Assembly (NCBI GenBank): GCA_028534125.1
Contig: CM052818.1
Span: 11,596,001 to 11,660,000, forward strand
From: Lama glama
Lineage: Eukaryota
Direction: 5' to 3'
Length of the DNA stretch: 64,000 nt
Positions 51,841 through 64,000 of this stretch are shown here, in pieces (position 1 is the stretch's first letter; each line of letters starts with the position of its first letter). The position numbers were made by a program, and so were the translations under genes. The notes under the pieces were generated by a model, which ran no database searches, was not told the origin of the DNA, and saw nothing but the letters and a program-made list of their open reading frames with translations.

Positions 51841-53286
51841 GATATTGTACACTTTCATCATTGAGAATACAATTATGATTTATTAATGTGAGCATACTAA
51901 GTTAGGGCTATTGTTTTCTTGGCATGTTTAGAACTAAAAAAAATCAGAAAAGAATTCCTATTGATTTCATAACAAGCATAGAAATATAAAGCTGAAAAAC
52001 TGGCCACTTGTAATTAAGCGGCTCCATGCTCTCTAATTTTTAGAGTACAATACAATATTGTAACTCTTTACTTTTATTAACTGCCAAAATCAATCTCAGA
52101 ACCCATTTTCCCAATAACTCTGGAATAAAAAGGACAGGATTTTTTTTCTTAAACACACAGATGCAGTTTCATCTACATGCAAGCATTTCAGAGGCATTAT
52201 TTAAGCCATAGTGCATATAATGAACAAACTGTAATCATATCTTTGTCCCAACTCAATTACAAAATGAACTCATAAAGTAGAGCCCTGCAATAAATATCTA
52301 TTTCCAATTTTAGCCTGATCATTAAATATGGTTCACACTAGGAATCTGTTAAATGAAGGAATGTTAAAATTCACTTACATCACTTACAGCATATTGATTC
52401 TGATGACTATTAATCCACAGAAAACAAGCGGTACATCTACAGAGAGAACAGCATTTCAAGAAAATTCCACCCCACTCCCGTGAACTGCTGGCTGTGTTTG
52501 CTCCGTTTCTGTACATCCCCCCACCCCCTCCATGTGTACCCTTACCCTTTTGTCAGCTGTATTCCTTCTTTTCCTCTCCCATATTGGTGTTCATTTCCTT
52601 TCATCATCCTCCTACCAATTTTACTTTCAGGGAAAGAAGTGGAATAAATTATTCACGTACAGATGTGCTTAGTGATAAGGCTCCCAAAATTATAAATCCC
52701 AGGGGTAACTGCATGTTAATAGGCAATGTTTGTCAACCTAGTAAAAGTCTCCTTTATCTACAAACCTCTGAAAAAAATATACCTGTTTTGAGATGTTAGG
52801 AGCTCTGTTATTTTTTAAAAAATGAGTCATTCTTTAGAACTCTACCTCTTTGTCTGTGCAAAGAAGACAATGATAGCGTTTCTAATATTCTACCATCTTT
52901 TAAATCTAAAAAAATGGCAATTTCATATGATTCACCTCAATAGCTTAGCAGTTATAAACATAAATACTTTGATAGGCTAGTTAGGTTAGCATAAATGTGT
53001 CAAGAAGGTGGCTGTGAGAAACTAGGGAGTATTGGGGTATATAGGAACCTGAGAACACATACCTCATTTTGAAGAGATTCGGACTAAAAAGAGACAAACA
53101 AACAAGCAATGATCACTATGCCAGTCAAACTAAACAATGCGGAGGTGAGGGCTGGTGAACAACCAGTTTGTGAAGGCTCTGGCTTTCTGTGGGTCCATGC
53201 AGTGTATCTTAATAGGGAAGACAAGTTCTTAAAAATATTAACTTTGCTCTTCCACCACGACTGAGACTTCACTGAGGAGCCATGTT

Positions 53287-53331
53287 AAAAGGTAATAGCC
53301 TCAAAAAAAAAAAAAAAAAGGTAATAGCTTC
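53287..53331 (+). mobile_element. Poly(A)-only retroposition footprint with 16-bp TSD
   Basis: tt|aaaaggtaatagcctc, then an A17 run (53303-53319) whose last four As begin the second copy aaaaggtaatagcttc (53316-53331). Confidence 0.7.
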
Positions 53332-53504
53332 AACAAGCAACATTCTGCTGTTGTCCTTATAAAGATAAGCCCTTGGACAGAACTACCATGATTAGGAAAC
53401 TAGAAAGCAAGAAAATGACAAATCAGTATGAATGAAAAAGGAAAGTCAATAAACTGCCAAATTTTCCCCTTGACAAATACAGAGGCTGTGAAACTCTGCT
53501 TTAC

Positions 53505-53603
53505 CTTCTCCACTCCAGAGAAGGACACGCTTCTCATCATCGGTCATGAAAAATCAAGGGGGCAACTCTGAAACATTTGATCATTTACAGACAACAAGTT
53601 AGT
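53505..53603 (-). ncRNA. Candidate non-coding exon, 99 nt
   Basis: Minus strand reads ggtttcttttcttcctgtttttaaatttcAG|ACTAACTTG...GGAGTGGAGAAG|GTAAAG. Strong acceptor, good donor, stops in all frames. Confidence 0.55.
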
Positions 53604-55074
53604 CTGAAATTTAAAAACAGGAAGAAAAGAAACCAAAGGTTTCTTCCACTCTTTCAAAAGTGTCTTTATGGATCTGAAATATATTGTCCAAGAAGGGCTC
53701 CACTCCCCCATTCTTAGCATTTGCTGGACAATAAACAGAAAAGCGAAGCCACACAAGAATACAAACGCTACCATGTGAGTTTGGTTGGGTTAAATGCATA
53801 CTCATAATGGGTTATAGGTTTAAAAAATCAATTTTACCTACTTGAGTCAATTGTGGAAGTCTTAATATTGACCATGCATACTCAACTGTCTGCCACATAT
53901 ATCTTATGGCTATGTCAGGGCTTATTTATAAATGATATGTATAAGGCACCCTGTCTTTAAAAAAAAAAAAGTGGTTTAAAAAAAATCTTTTGCTTTTCTC
54001 TTCTCTTTAATGGGAAAATGTCACCAGATCAAAATGTCTATAAATATAGTATGTAGATTTTTATGAGAACATTTACTGACTGCACATAGAAGAACTATCA
54101 TAAGCAATACAGAGAAGCCTTAAAGGTGTATTTCTTACAATAAAAAGGTAATATACTTCACAGTTTTACAAAAGAAAAGAGAAGCACATTTCTTCTTCTT
54201 TTATCTTCTGCTTGCCTAAGACTTTGCACGTGACCAGATCTAGGATCTGATTCTATTTCAAAACCTATATAAATCGGGTAATTTTACTTCCAAGGACTGT
54301 TGAACATTAGAGTTATACAATGCTGATAAAGTGTGGTAAATTTTGAGCATGTTTTTGCTAATGAGATAGACAAAAAGGCACTATCGAGATGCATGATAAA
54401 ATTTTAAAAAACTAGACGTTTCTGATTCCTCAGTTACATTTCTAAGTACTATAGGACATCAAATTCCCAAATAAAATACATTTGTTTTGTTCACCTTACT
54501 TTTAAGCAAAGGTGATTATAAAATATGGATGTCTAGAATCTATATACATCCTGAAGAAATCACTGCAATCTGGTTTAAAGCATTCCTGGAAGATTTACAA
54601 TAAAATTTATGAGAGTGATTCACTGCTGTCTCACAGTGTCAAGCCTCATGTCTTATGAAGAAAAGAATATATCTACTCATAAAGAAATAATAGTACTTTA
54701 TAAAATAGCTATTTTTATAAGCAATGCAGTGAGTTGATCCAATCAGATGTGTGATTATCAATATGAACTATATTTGATATAACTAACTTAAAATCAGTAA
54801 AGAATCTTAATGGTTTTCACTGTATAAACTCCTACACCCTCCTTGGCTCTTCTCCATACTATCACAAACCGGGAATAACTTTACCATGGGTTACGAGATG
54901 ATCAACCCACACTCAAAATATACAATATCTAACATGAAAAAGACAATGTTAAAATTTTCATAGATTTGGAAAATCTCAGTATAGGAAAATGAATAAGCAA
55001 GGTGAAAACTCCAAGGCTTACAGAGAATAGAGAAGCAGTAAGACTGTGAGACGTAAACTGTGTTGGTCTGTGGC

Positions 55075-55320
55075 AGCAGGCAATCCCACGCCCCATCTCA
55101 AGGGACAGTAGCTACATTCCTGTGCCAGGCTTGTCATTTATAAAGGTTAGTACCCCCACTGCCAGATCTACATTTTTCAAGAAAAACTGGAAATTTGGAT
55201 CTTGTGAATTCTCCCTACTTATAAGTGTTGGCAATTAGTTCAAAACTTATAAAACCTAAAATGAACAGATAGACCTATCTGGAAAACAGGTCCTATCTCT
55301 TGGTCATAGGTTAACAAGCT
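55075..55320 (+). mobile_element. hAT-Charlie MITE (MER102/MER103C-like)
   Basis: tgccagatctacatttttcaagaaaaactggaaatttggat...gtgaattctccc...tgttggcaattagttcaaa. Confidence 0.7.
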
Positions 55321-55324
55321 ACAT

Positions 55325-55570
55325 ATCAGCGACTTAGTCCAGGTTTTCTGACTTGCATCTTTTATTACCATTCCTGCTAGGCTGCTCTTGCCTTGGTTCA
55401 AAAACTTCTAAGTATGACAAATTCAGCACTTCTCAAGCCATAGCCCATATTTTGGACAGCTCTTCCTTATTTTGAGTCAAAATTTGTCATTATGGCTTCT
55501 AGAGTAACCCCTCAAAATCACAGAAACCTTCTTCAACTTGAAAAACTCTCAAATACTTGAAGACAGAAGC
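55325..55570 (-). mobile_element. L3/CR1 fragment
   Basis: ttggacagctct...tcaaatacttgaagacag, the antisense of the CR1 ctgtcttcaaatattt motif. Confidence 0.5.
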
Positions 55571-57044
55571 ATACAATGTATATTTAGATGAATGATTAAT
55601 GCAAACATTTCCAAAAATACATATTATGACTTTTACAATTTAGGGATTTTTTTTAGACCTAAGTCCAATTTTCTTCATATGAGTTAATAATCAAAATTAA
55701 AAACAGAAATAGCCTCAGATCAGATGTTGGAGAATAAGAAGCATATTGTCAAAAGAGATCTTTCCAGTGGCTCAGAAAAACAGAAGGGAAGAGAAGGACC
55801 TCACCGGAGGCTGATGCAATACCCACGCCCTTCCAATCCTGTACCGTGATGAGCTCATTCCCTTACTCGTTTCAGTGCATCAGTGCTTGTGGACAATGGC
55901 CCTGTCCATTTCCTCACATTTATAATTCTGAAGTACTACATCCCACTCCTTTGTCCTCAATCAATTCCTCTCACATGCACATCCAATTCAAAATTCCACT
56001 TCTAGGTTTCAATCCTCCGTGGACCCACAGCAGTCTGCTCCACATCCTTTCCTCTTGCTAATCTCTTCAAACCACCTTCCCCTCCTGCCTTTTCCACAGA
56101 AACTCATTCCCTTCCTTTCTTCCCTTTTGAAGAGTTTGCCAAGGAGTCTCCATTTATCACCATTTCTCAGTTGCCCAACTCCCAAATACTGTTCCACACA
56201 AAAGATTTCCAGTGATAATTATTGGAAATGTTTTAGAAAATAGTTGAGTAATACTATTCATTTGTCACCTGTATTTAGCTGTTGAATAATCCACATCAGA
56301 AATGAATAGCATTGTGCTTTTTTCCCCCTCAGATATGTGAAAATGTGATTTTTGTGAGTTTTGTTAGGGGTAAGAATTTTGCCTTCTTTTCCCCTTTATG
56401 CAACGGTCTCCAGTGTCAACACTGTCTATGAAGTGAGTAAAGGCCCTTGATTACAACAGCCATATCACTTCTTTTTTTAATCAAGTAAAGAAGGATAAGA
56501 TGAAATCTCCCTCAAGTGCTAAAAAGATAGTTTATTTAAAGAAAGTATTTATACTCTTCACTAATTACTTAGGTGTGCTCACACTGATATGAGTGCAGAA
56601 CTGTATACCCTTCAACCATCTCCAATATATCATTAAATTAAATTCATAAAGAAATGTGGGTTTATATCAGCAACATACTTCAGCAATTGGGACTATAATA
56701 TCTTTCAACTTTCTCACATTTTTTTAAGAGAAGAAAAGAAAACTAATGGGGTTTTCCTTAGCGGCAAAGAATATTTATCTAACTGGGCAATATATTCTTA
56801 GCATAAATATAGCACGACTGCCCTCTTTTGATTGAAGTTTTGTAGCAGAGAAAGTATCCTATCATCCCACCTATTTCACCTAGTAAAAAAGAATTTGATT
56901 AAGAGAAAAATATAGACTGACCAATACAGAGAAAGAACTTTAAACTATCCTTCCCAAGTTTAGTAATGGAGTATTTTCTTGCCCATATTCTCTTCTGAAT
57001 TTTCTACATCCCCCAAAAATTCCTTCTCAATTTTCTCCTTCTTT

Positions 57045-58310
57045 CTTTCAATGAATATTTACTGAGTGCCTCCTATGTGTAAAAAACTATAGAAGACGCA
57101 GGGGTAAAAGCAGAGAAGAACAGAGATTCTACCTTCATGGGCTATTAAATGACTCTTTTCCCAGCACTATTTAGTTACACTCTGTGATGAGTGCTGGATA
57201 ATGGAGAACGGTAGAGTATCATAAGAGCATGTAGCAGAAGGACCTGGAAAGTTGGCAAGTGCTTCCTTTAGGAAGTGAAAAAGCAGAAATTAATGATTAA
57301 GCATGGAGAGCGGGTTGGGGATTTCCAGGGTCGGGGAGCAGAACACGCAAAGGCTCCCAGTCGGGAAGGAGCATGGGCACTAAAGGGCCTGGGATTCAGA
57401 AAGCGAGCAGGAGAGAGGTTCAAGCTGGGAGGAGAGGCAGGTTCCTGGTCATTCAGGACTTGAGACTGTGTTCAGGATTTTGATGTTTAGTTCTAGAGTA
57501 GTGGGAAGCTAATTAGAAAAACAAATGGAAAATAGATTGGAAGAGGGACATGGGAAGATCAAGTAAGAGGCTGTGTAGTCAAGGGAAAGAGATTATGGTA
57601 GCTTCATTTAGAACAATGACACTGTAGGAGGAGAGAAGCAGAGAGCCAAAAGAAATACAGGACATGAGACCAATAGAGAATGGTAAACATGTGGAGATGG
57701 AAAGTGAAAGAAGAATGCAAGGTTGCTGTAAGGAAAAGTAGCAGATCCTATTTGGGGTGGGAGGGATGACGAGTTCATTTTTTGAGAGACTGATTTTGCC
57801 TGTGAAAAGAGGTGGGGGGACAGTGGGGGTGAGGGTTTCACATATGAGTCTGAAGGGACTTCCACTGTAGAGAAATAGAAGTCATCACTGTAGTAATTCT
57901 ATAATGCAGATCACACTTAAAGCCAGGAGTATAAGTAAAAGTTCCGGGTGGGGGGGGGGGGGAACATAGCCTGCAAAGGGAAGAAGGGCAAGGACAATGC
58001 TTTGAAATGCAAACATTTAAAGATTAGGGAGAAAAGATGCATTGATAAAGGGAATTTAATAGAAGTATCTAGACTCGTAGAAAAAAATTCCAGAAGATGT
58101 GGTGTCATAAGCCAAGGGAAGAACATGTTGTTCTCTTAGGAGAGAGGAATATGATGTCAAAAGATGCTGAGGGGGGTCACAAAAACTGAAGACCGAAAAT
58201 TGATATAAGTTATTATCAGCCCTTCTGAGAGCTGAATTGATTCAATGATGGAAACTAGAGCGTGTTGAGGAGTAAAGAAAGAAAGACAGTGTAGAAAAAA
58301 ATTTTAGAGA
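57045..58310 (-). mobile_element. L2 LINE fragment (~1.2 kb)
   Basis: aatatttactgagtgcctcctatgtg, gcagaacacgcaaaggctcc, gtagtgggaagcta, tgacgagttcatttt, ggtgtcataagccaagggaaga. Confidence 0.8.
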
Positions 58311-59189
58311 CGGGTGACTAAACTTCACAGAATATTCTGGCCATGTGTGGGAGGGTCCTAAGCTCTGAAATCTCAGGGAAAAATATAAGCACCGTTTCAC
58401 ACACTGTCATAGCCACACAGTCTCCCAATCTCTGTCTCCCCTTCCATCCTCCATCACCTCTCCCATTCAGCAGAAAATTCCTATTCCAATCTTGCCTTCC
58501 AACTCTGTGCCCACTCACGCCCCTCTCCTACACTTTACTCCTTAGACTCGGAGCATCCGAGTAAGAGTAGACTCCTTTGGCAATTTCGTAGCCAGGGGAC
58601 GCTTTATAATGTGATTGTTCAAAGGTATTCTGGAGACACATTTAACTCAAGAGTCTCACAGTTCAAAAGACTGATGGCTGATAATTTCTTAAGAAAAGGC
58701 AGACAGACTTGATTTTTTTAATGTAATAGGGAGTTAAATAAAAAAGTCACCGTTCACTTGTGCTACCTCAACCATAACTGTACTGCATTGAAATTGTCCT
58801 TATCTATTCAATAACTAACTGTATCTTGTCATGTAAAAGCTCTGACATGACAATTAACATCTCTGTTATTCTGCAAGTAAAATTAAATCGCTCACTAGTA
58901 AAACAGAATAAAGACAACCAGAAAAGGCAGATATGCCACCTATCTTTTTGCCCCCATTCTATCCCTGTGTGCCTTTTTCCTCTATAAGTTTCAGAGAGAG
59001 TTGGAGGGAAGACTTTAGACATTTGTTCCGTGATGTAATAGGGGATTCACCCACCAAAGCACACTCAGACGTAGAAAGTTATCCTGCTTATAGGCAGGAG
59101 ACATGTAGGCAACAGAGCCCAATGCAGTTCACCTGTCCAAAAGCCCCTTCTGTGTCCTTCCCAGTACTTCTTCAAGGATTAAGTGAAGT

Positions 59190-59395
59190 GCATTCAGGAC
59201 CTTCCTGTGCCAGGCACTGTAATAGATGTATTATGCACATTCCCTCCACAGTTGATCAGTTGGTATTTCTGTTTCCATTTTTCAGATATGGCTAAACTAA
59301 AGAGGTAAACAATTTACCCAAGATCATCCAACCATTAAGCAGATAATGGCTAAGTATCTCCAAAAGTGATGGTCTTTCCACTCCACCATGCTGTC
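59190..59395 (-). mobile_element. MIR SINE
   Basis: ctgtgccaggcactgt...ccatttttcagatatgg...agaggtaaacaatttacccaagatcatcca. Confidence 0.8.
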
Positions 59396-59502
59396 TTCCT
59401 AAGTGATAGTTATTTTCAAACTGAGGAACTAAATCAATGTGAGTTATTAAATTATATATATATAACTATATATATATTCTACATATTAGAATCCATGGGT
59501 GG

Positions 59503-59770
59503 GCTGTATAGTGTCAGGGTTAGGAGAACAGACTCTGGAACCATATTCCTTGGGTTCAAATCCCAGTTTGTTTCTTACCAGCTGTGTAACTGTGTGACCT
59601 TGACCTTTGACACTGGATGAATTACTCAACTTTTTGTACCTCAGTTTTTTCATCTATAAAATAGTGATTCCAATGTGCCAAACTTACAGTCCTTGTGAGG
59701 ATTGATGGAAATACAGCAAATTAATAGTAAATATCATAAAAGTATTTGCTAATATCACCATATTATGAAT
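59503..59770 (+). mobile_element. MIR SINE
   Basis: ggttaggagaacagactctggaacca...tgggttcaaatcccag...cttaccagctgtgt...cctcagttttttcatctataaaatag...ttgtgaggatt. Confidence 0.85.
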
Positions 59771-60149
59771 GCAAATTAATGATCAGTATTTCTAGCTTCA
59801 ATGGTCATAGGTTAAGATTCCTGTAAAGGTCCACTAGATTTGTAAAAAGAAAACCAAAACAAATCTTTCCATTCTGTGCAGTTACAACAAACAGGTAGAC
59901 CAGTAATTTGTGATTCCAGCTATGCATCCAGATCACTTCCAAAGCTGGGTATGCTGGCCCTAATTCTGAAATATCTGATTGAGTTGATGTGTAGTAGGGC
60001 TCTAGAAGGTGAATTTAGGCGCTCTCCACCTGCTGAACCACCATGGCTGAGAATTGCTGATGTAACATCAGAAGAAATCCATTCATTGTAATCAGGAAAA
60101 AAAAAAATCAGATTAAAATAGCATGTTCCCTTTCTTTTTTAAAAAAATT

Positions 60150-60260
60150 CAAGGATGTTATACACTAAAATGTTAACAGCATTTATCTTAGGTTGGTAAA
60201 AGTATGGGCAATGTTTATTTTCTATTTCATTTTTTATGACGTCTTTACATTTTTATGATT
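60150..60260 (+). mobile_element. L1ME 3' terminal fragment
   Basis: atacactaaaatgttaacagcatttatcttagg...tatgggcaatgtttattttct. Confidence 0.6.
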
Positions 60261-60269
60261 CATTTATAT

Positions 60270-60395
60270 ATTTATTCCACGTATCTGTTTTGGTACCATG
60301 AGCTTGGCACTATTTTAGGCACTGAAGACATGACCCAGAACAAAACAAAGTCTCTGTGCTTGTGGGCTTACAATGTTCTGGGAGGGAACAAGAAA

Positions 60396-60426
<31 letters not shown>

Positions 60427-60640
60427 ATACAGAATATAAGGTCAGCCTGTGCATATGCAATAAAGGAACTTAAATAGAGAAAGGTGACTGAAAGCAACTC
60501 CTGGGCTATTATACTTAGGATGGTCAAAGAAGACCTCTCAGAGAGGTGATATTTGAGCAGAGAACTGATTGAGACTAAGAATTCAGCCATGCACATCATA
60601 GGGAGAGGAGAACGGAAATTTCAAGGCCCAGAGTGTAAAC
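60270..60640 (-). mobile_element. L2 fragment containing an (AAAT)9 tract
   Basis: ggcactattttaggcactgaagac...aacaaaacaaagtctctg...ggatggtcaaagaagacctctcagagaggtgatatttgagcaga. Confidence 0.85.
60393..60428. repeat. (AAAT)9 microsatellite
   Basis: Direct reading. Confidence 0.95.
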
Positions 60641-61249
60641 ACACATTTCTTTTATAAAAATCAGATTTAAAAAATGATAAGGTTATTTCATTTGGGTGAA
60701 AAAGAAAAAAATATATATTTTTTCAATGCCCTAGAATGTTTCCAAGCCCTGGATGGACCTCCATCATCCAACTGGCCTCCCTGACACTCTGAATATCAGC
60801 TATGAAATGGGGTGGGTGGATGTGAGCTTTTACTCCTGATTTTATAGCGCTAGTGTCAAAAGCAAATTATACGAGGGGCTTGAGTGGTTTCCTTCACTCA
60901 CCAAGATCCAAAAGGAAACATGAGTCAGCATCATTACCTTTCCATGTCACTATGTCAAGGAATCCTGCTGGATGCCTGCAGTGTGCCCAGCAACTGAGAG
61001 AGGCGGGGCAAGTAAGAGAAGCATGAGACATATTGCTGCCCATGGGTAATCTCAACAGAAATGCTACCTGTCTGGAACCATTAGAGACTCTGCAATACAA
61101 AGTGCAGATCAGGTCCAAACTGCTGCCTGTGCAGATGACCGCGAGGTGGGGGCACCTAGACAGTGGGCTCCAGAGGCCATGAATTGCAGTGGCTATTAAG
61201 GACACTTGTTGATTGACCCCTCTAGCCCCTCCCTTTCACTTAAACGCAT

Positions 61250-61760
61250 TGTTTCTATTTAGTCTAGGAAAGCAATATAAGTCCTATGGTTACAAAAAGC
61301 CCAACAAGAACAAGTCTGAGGCATTATCTGTTGCTAGGAATAGACTCTCTCAAGGTAGTAAAGGAGAATGACGGCATGGACATTAGGACCTCCAAGGACA
61401 GGAAACACGTAGAGCTGGACCTCAACTTGGACACCAGATTGCAGTAACAGGGACCACTTCAAACCTTTAGGGCCCGTAGGGTTTCGTCTTTACTTCCCTG
61501 CACACGGGACCTATCCCCTTGGCTCAGCGGCTTCCTCAGCGCTCCGTGCCATTGGTGCGCATGTCATATTAGGAAAGCAGTCTCAGTACTAATTCTGTGA
61601 CTTTGACCTACCATCTCAACGGCAAATTCCCTCTGTTCCAGCTTCCAATTCTCTAAGGGAAAAAGTCTGATTGAATTGGCCAGGCCTTACTGTAGACCAC
61701 GGTCAGGAGGCCAGCTGTGTTCCAATTAGCTGTGGCAGGGGTACCCAGGAGTACATGGGT
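61250..61760 (-). mobile_element. Old MaLR LTR (MLT1K/L-like)
   Basis: aattctctaagggaaaaagtctgattg...tccaattagctgtggcagggg. Confidence 0.45.
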
Positions 61761-62789
61761 GTGACAGTCAAAGAATCTCGCCTAGTTCTGATTAAAACAG
61801 GACCACAGCATGTATGAAAAGATCTGCTGGGCCTACCAGGTATTTCTAAGAAAGGTGAATCAGTACATAGTTTATGGCATTAGTCACCACCTGCCCTGGT
61901 CTAAAGGGGTACAGACTTGCTGGTAGAAGGTTTAGAGGGACAGATTTTAGGGATTCAAGGGACTTCTACAGACAAGTTAAAGAAACAATCTCAGCGTACT
62001 AAAAAGTTCCCTTACCAGAGTTTAAACCAAATTTCCTCTATCCAGATGGCTTCCAAGGCCAAGAGGGAGGGAAGTCCTGCTGCCTTTTTATGTTGGTCTT
62101 GATTGTTGTTAATGATCCCCAGCTGTAAGGCTCCCACATCTCTTTAACCTCTCTCCGGTTGGCCTCACATCTCTGCATCTCTTGCAGGGAAAATGGAACA
62201 CTAAACACAGCACCCATTTCCCCAGCAGAGCACGTGCTGCACAACACAAGGAGGTCAGCCCCCCAAACGGACCCCAAGTCTTGCTCAGTTAGCACTGCCA
62301 GGACCTTTCATTCATCCTGGAAGAAGCCAGCCTCAGCATTCTCATTGCTGGAGGCGACATGGAGCCATGCCAGCTGCCAGCAGGCAAGCCAGGGCATGCA
62401 GTCACCTGTGGCCCCCGCGGAAAGGTTTCTTCTTCTGGATGAAGAGGAATCACTGCCAGGCAAGAGCATAATTTCCAGGGATGAGCTACACATCAGGGAT
62501 GCTGATTCTGAAATGGGACCCTTCGTCACATAAATTTCGTTCCCAGGAGTGTGCAGCTAAAGTAGCAATGAGATGTTCATCACTATTTTCCTGGTATTCC
62601 CCTAGTTACTCACTCAAAAACTTATTTCCTGAGTTGGCCATGGATGCCAACACTGTAGAGTCAGGGAACACAGCTAAAACAAGTCACTGTGCTGAAGGAG
62701 CTCGGAGCCTGATCAGGGACCCGAGGTTTCCTTTCACTGCACTGTACGGAAGAATACTTAGGTGTAAGTGGAACATGGAGGAGAAAGAT

Positions 62790-63390
62790 TCTGCTCAGGC
62801 TGGGGGCAGCAGAGGTAGACGGGGTGGGAACAGCAATCAGGGAAGGCTTCCTGGAGGAGATGACACATAAAATGCATTCTGAAAGATAAGTAGGACCCAA
62901 ACAAACAGGTTATGTATGGATGAACAATGAAAGGAACAAAGGAAAGGAGAAAGACTTCCAGGCTGAGGGAGCCCACATGCCAAGATACAGAGGCATGAGG
63001 GACTGAGGCATAGGAGAAGAATTGCAAACCTTTCTTAGGGCACATATGATGACCTGAGAAGGGTGCGTCAAGAAATGAGGCCAGGCACCCATCTTGTATG
63101 CCCTATAAGGGAGCCCCTCTTTTATCCTGGTATGAAATTCATTTCCAAGAACATGTCTTTGAGTAAGTGTGGGTCATTGACCTCTCTGGCTACTCCCATT
63201 GAAACTTATAGACTAGTTAATTATGGCCAATTAAGGGCTTTATTTCTGTTTTGCTTTTTTTTTTTTTAATAGTTTCTTGCGTAGGTTGGCTCTATGTAAC
63301 CATAATACCAAACCTGGGAGAGATGGGAACCCTTTGCTCTCATCCAGCAAATAGTAGGCAATGGACAAACAGTTGTTGAAATGAACTGAA
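62790..63390. mobile_element. L2 fragments
   Basis: aatcagggaaggcttcctggaggagatgaca...ttccaggctgagggagcccacatgccaag; tagtaggcaatggacaaacagttgttgaaatgaa. Confidence 0.7.
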
Positions 63391-64000
63391 AACGTCCTTG
63401 AAAGGAGACTGCTGCCTCACCAGCAAGGACTAGCAGAAGCTTTAACCTTCTTTATTCAATATATTTCCTTAACCATCCCCCACACATATACACTTTATAA
63501 CACATCTGCCAAGTATGCACAGTGGCATTCTAATCGTCTTTCCAGAGTCTTGAGCCCAGGCCAAATGAAATGCCCCCAAGTCCAGGTGAATCTTTTACTC
63601 CAGGATTTAAAAATGGACCCAATAAAGAAAATTCAATTTGCAGGCATGGAATCAAGTTTCCTTTGTTCTTTCATCTTATTCTGGGCCAGAGGGATCAAGA
63701 CCCTCCTGGTGCCTTTATTAGAGTTCTCAAGAGGAAGAGAAGAGAGATCTGAATCTTAACCGTGAAGACCCCAGTCAACAGCAAGCAGCCACGGCGACAT
63801 CCAGACCACGGGGAAAGGAGGCATCACTGTTTCGTTCCACTCGGTACAACAATGGGTCTGTGCTACTCGCCAAACCATCACTCATCTGGCCTTGCTCTTC
63901 ACTCTTCCCAGCCCAACATCTTGGTCCTCCTCCCCTTAATTTCCTTCCTTCTGATACCCCTCCAATATTCTATTTAACAAGGCTCTTCTGTCCATCTTTT

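Larger units (their letters stand above)
4719..53603 (-). ncRNA. Spliced multi-exon non-coding transcript (lncRNA or long 5'UTR); tentatively SOX2-OT-like, unverified
   Basis: Collinear minus-strand exons with AG/GT boundaries and stops in all frames at 53505-53603, 6466-6527 and 4719-4896. The introns are repeat-poor and enhancer-like. Identity is inferred from recalled locus architecture, not from an alignment. Confidence 0.5.

Noticed and set aside
57946..57962. G13 homopolymer as a functional G-quadruplex
   Set aside because: It sits inside an L2 fragment and is most simply an expanded mononucleotide run.
58330..58600. Possible LTR end with a primer-binding-site-like motif (tttggcaatttcgtagccagg)
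   Set aside because: I cannot define termini or family from sequence alone.
62159..63092. Cluster of overlapping 70-130 aa ORFs
   Set aside because: Locally higher GC reduces stop frequency, ORFs occur on both strands, the right part is L2, and I recognise no homology.
1..64000. All ORFs in the supplied six-frame track as protein-coding genes
   Set aside because: They are short (60-147 aa), many start at non-ATG codons, they show low-complexity F/L/K/I bias, many overlap repeats, and none resembles a protein family I recognise.
1..64000. CRISPR arrays, operons, rRNA, CpG island or intact retroelement ORFs
   Set aside because: None seen; the window is CpG-depleted mammalian non-coding DNA.

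Overview
Mammalian non-coding DNA: AT-rich, CpG-depleted, with no CpG island and no supportable protein-coding exon. None of the supplied ORFs looks genuine. A tRNA-derived Vic-1-type SINE at 35468-35624 points to a camelid genome. Much of the window is ancient interspersed repeat (MIR, L2, L3/CR1, L1M, MaLR/ERVL LTRs, MER5/Charlie/Tigger DNA elements), separated by long repeat-poor blocks rich in SOX/POU/homeodomain/MEIS motifs that resemble conserved developmental enhancers. On the minus strand there is a collinear set of splice-site-bounded exons with stops in all three frames (53505-53603, possibly 27678-27838, 6466-6527, 4719-4896), with promoter-like sequence near 5-7 kb. This fits a multi-promoter lncRNA or a long 5'UTR. 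The layout resembles my recollection of the SOX2-OT locus, which is an unverified inference. Repeat family names come from recalled consensus sequences and most repeat boundaries are approximate. I found no evidence for a wholly new biological system; the best leads are listed as findings.
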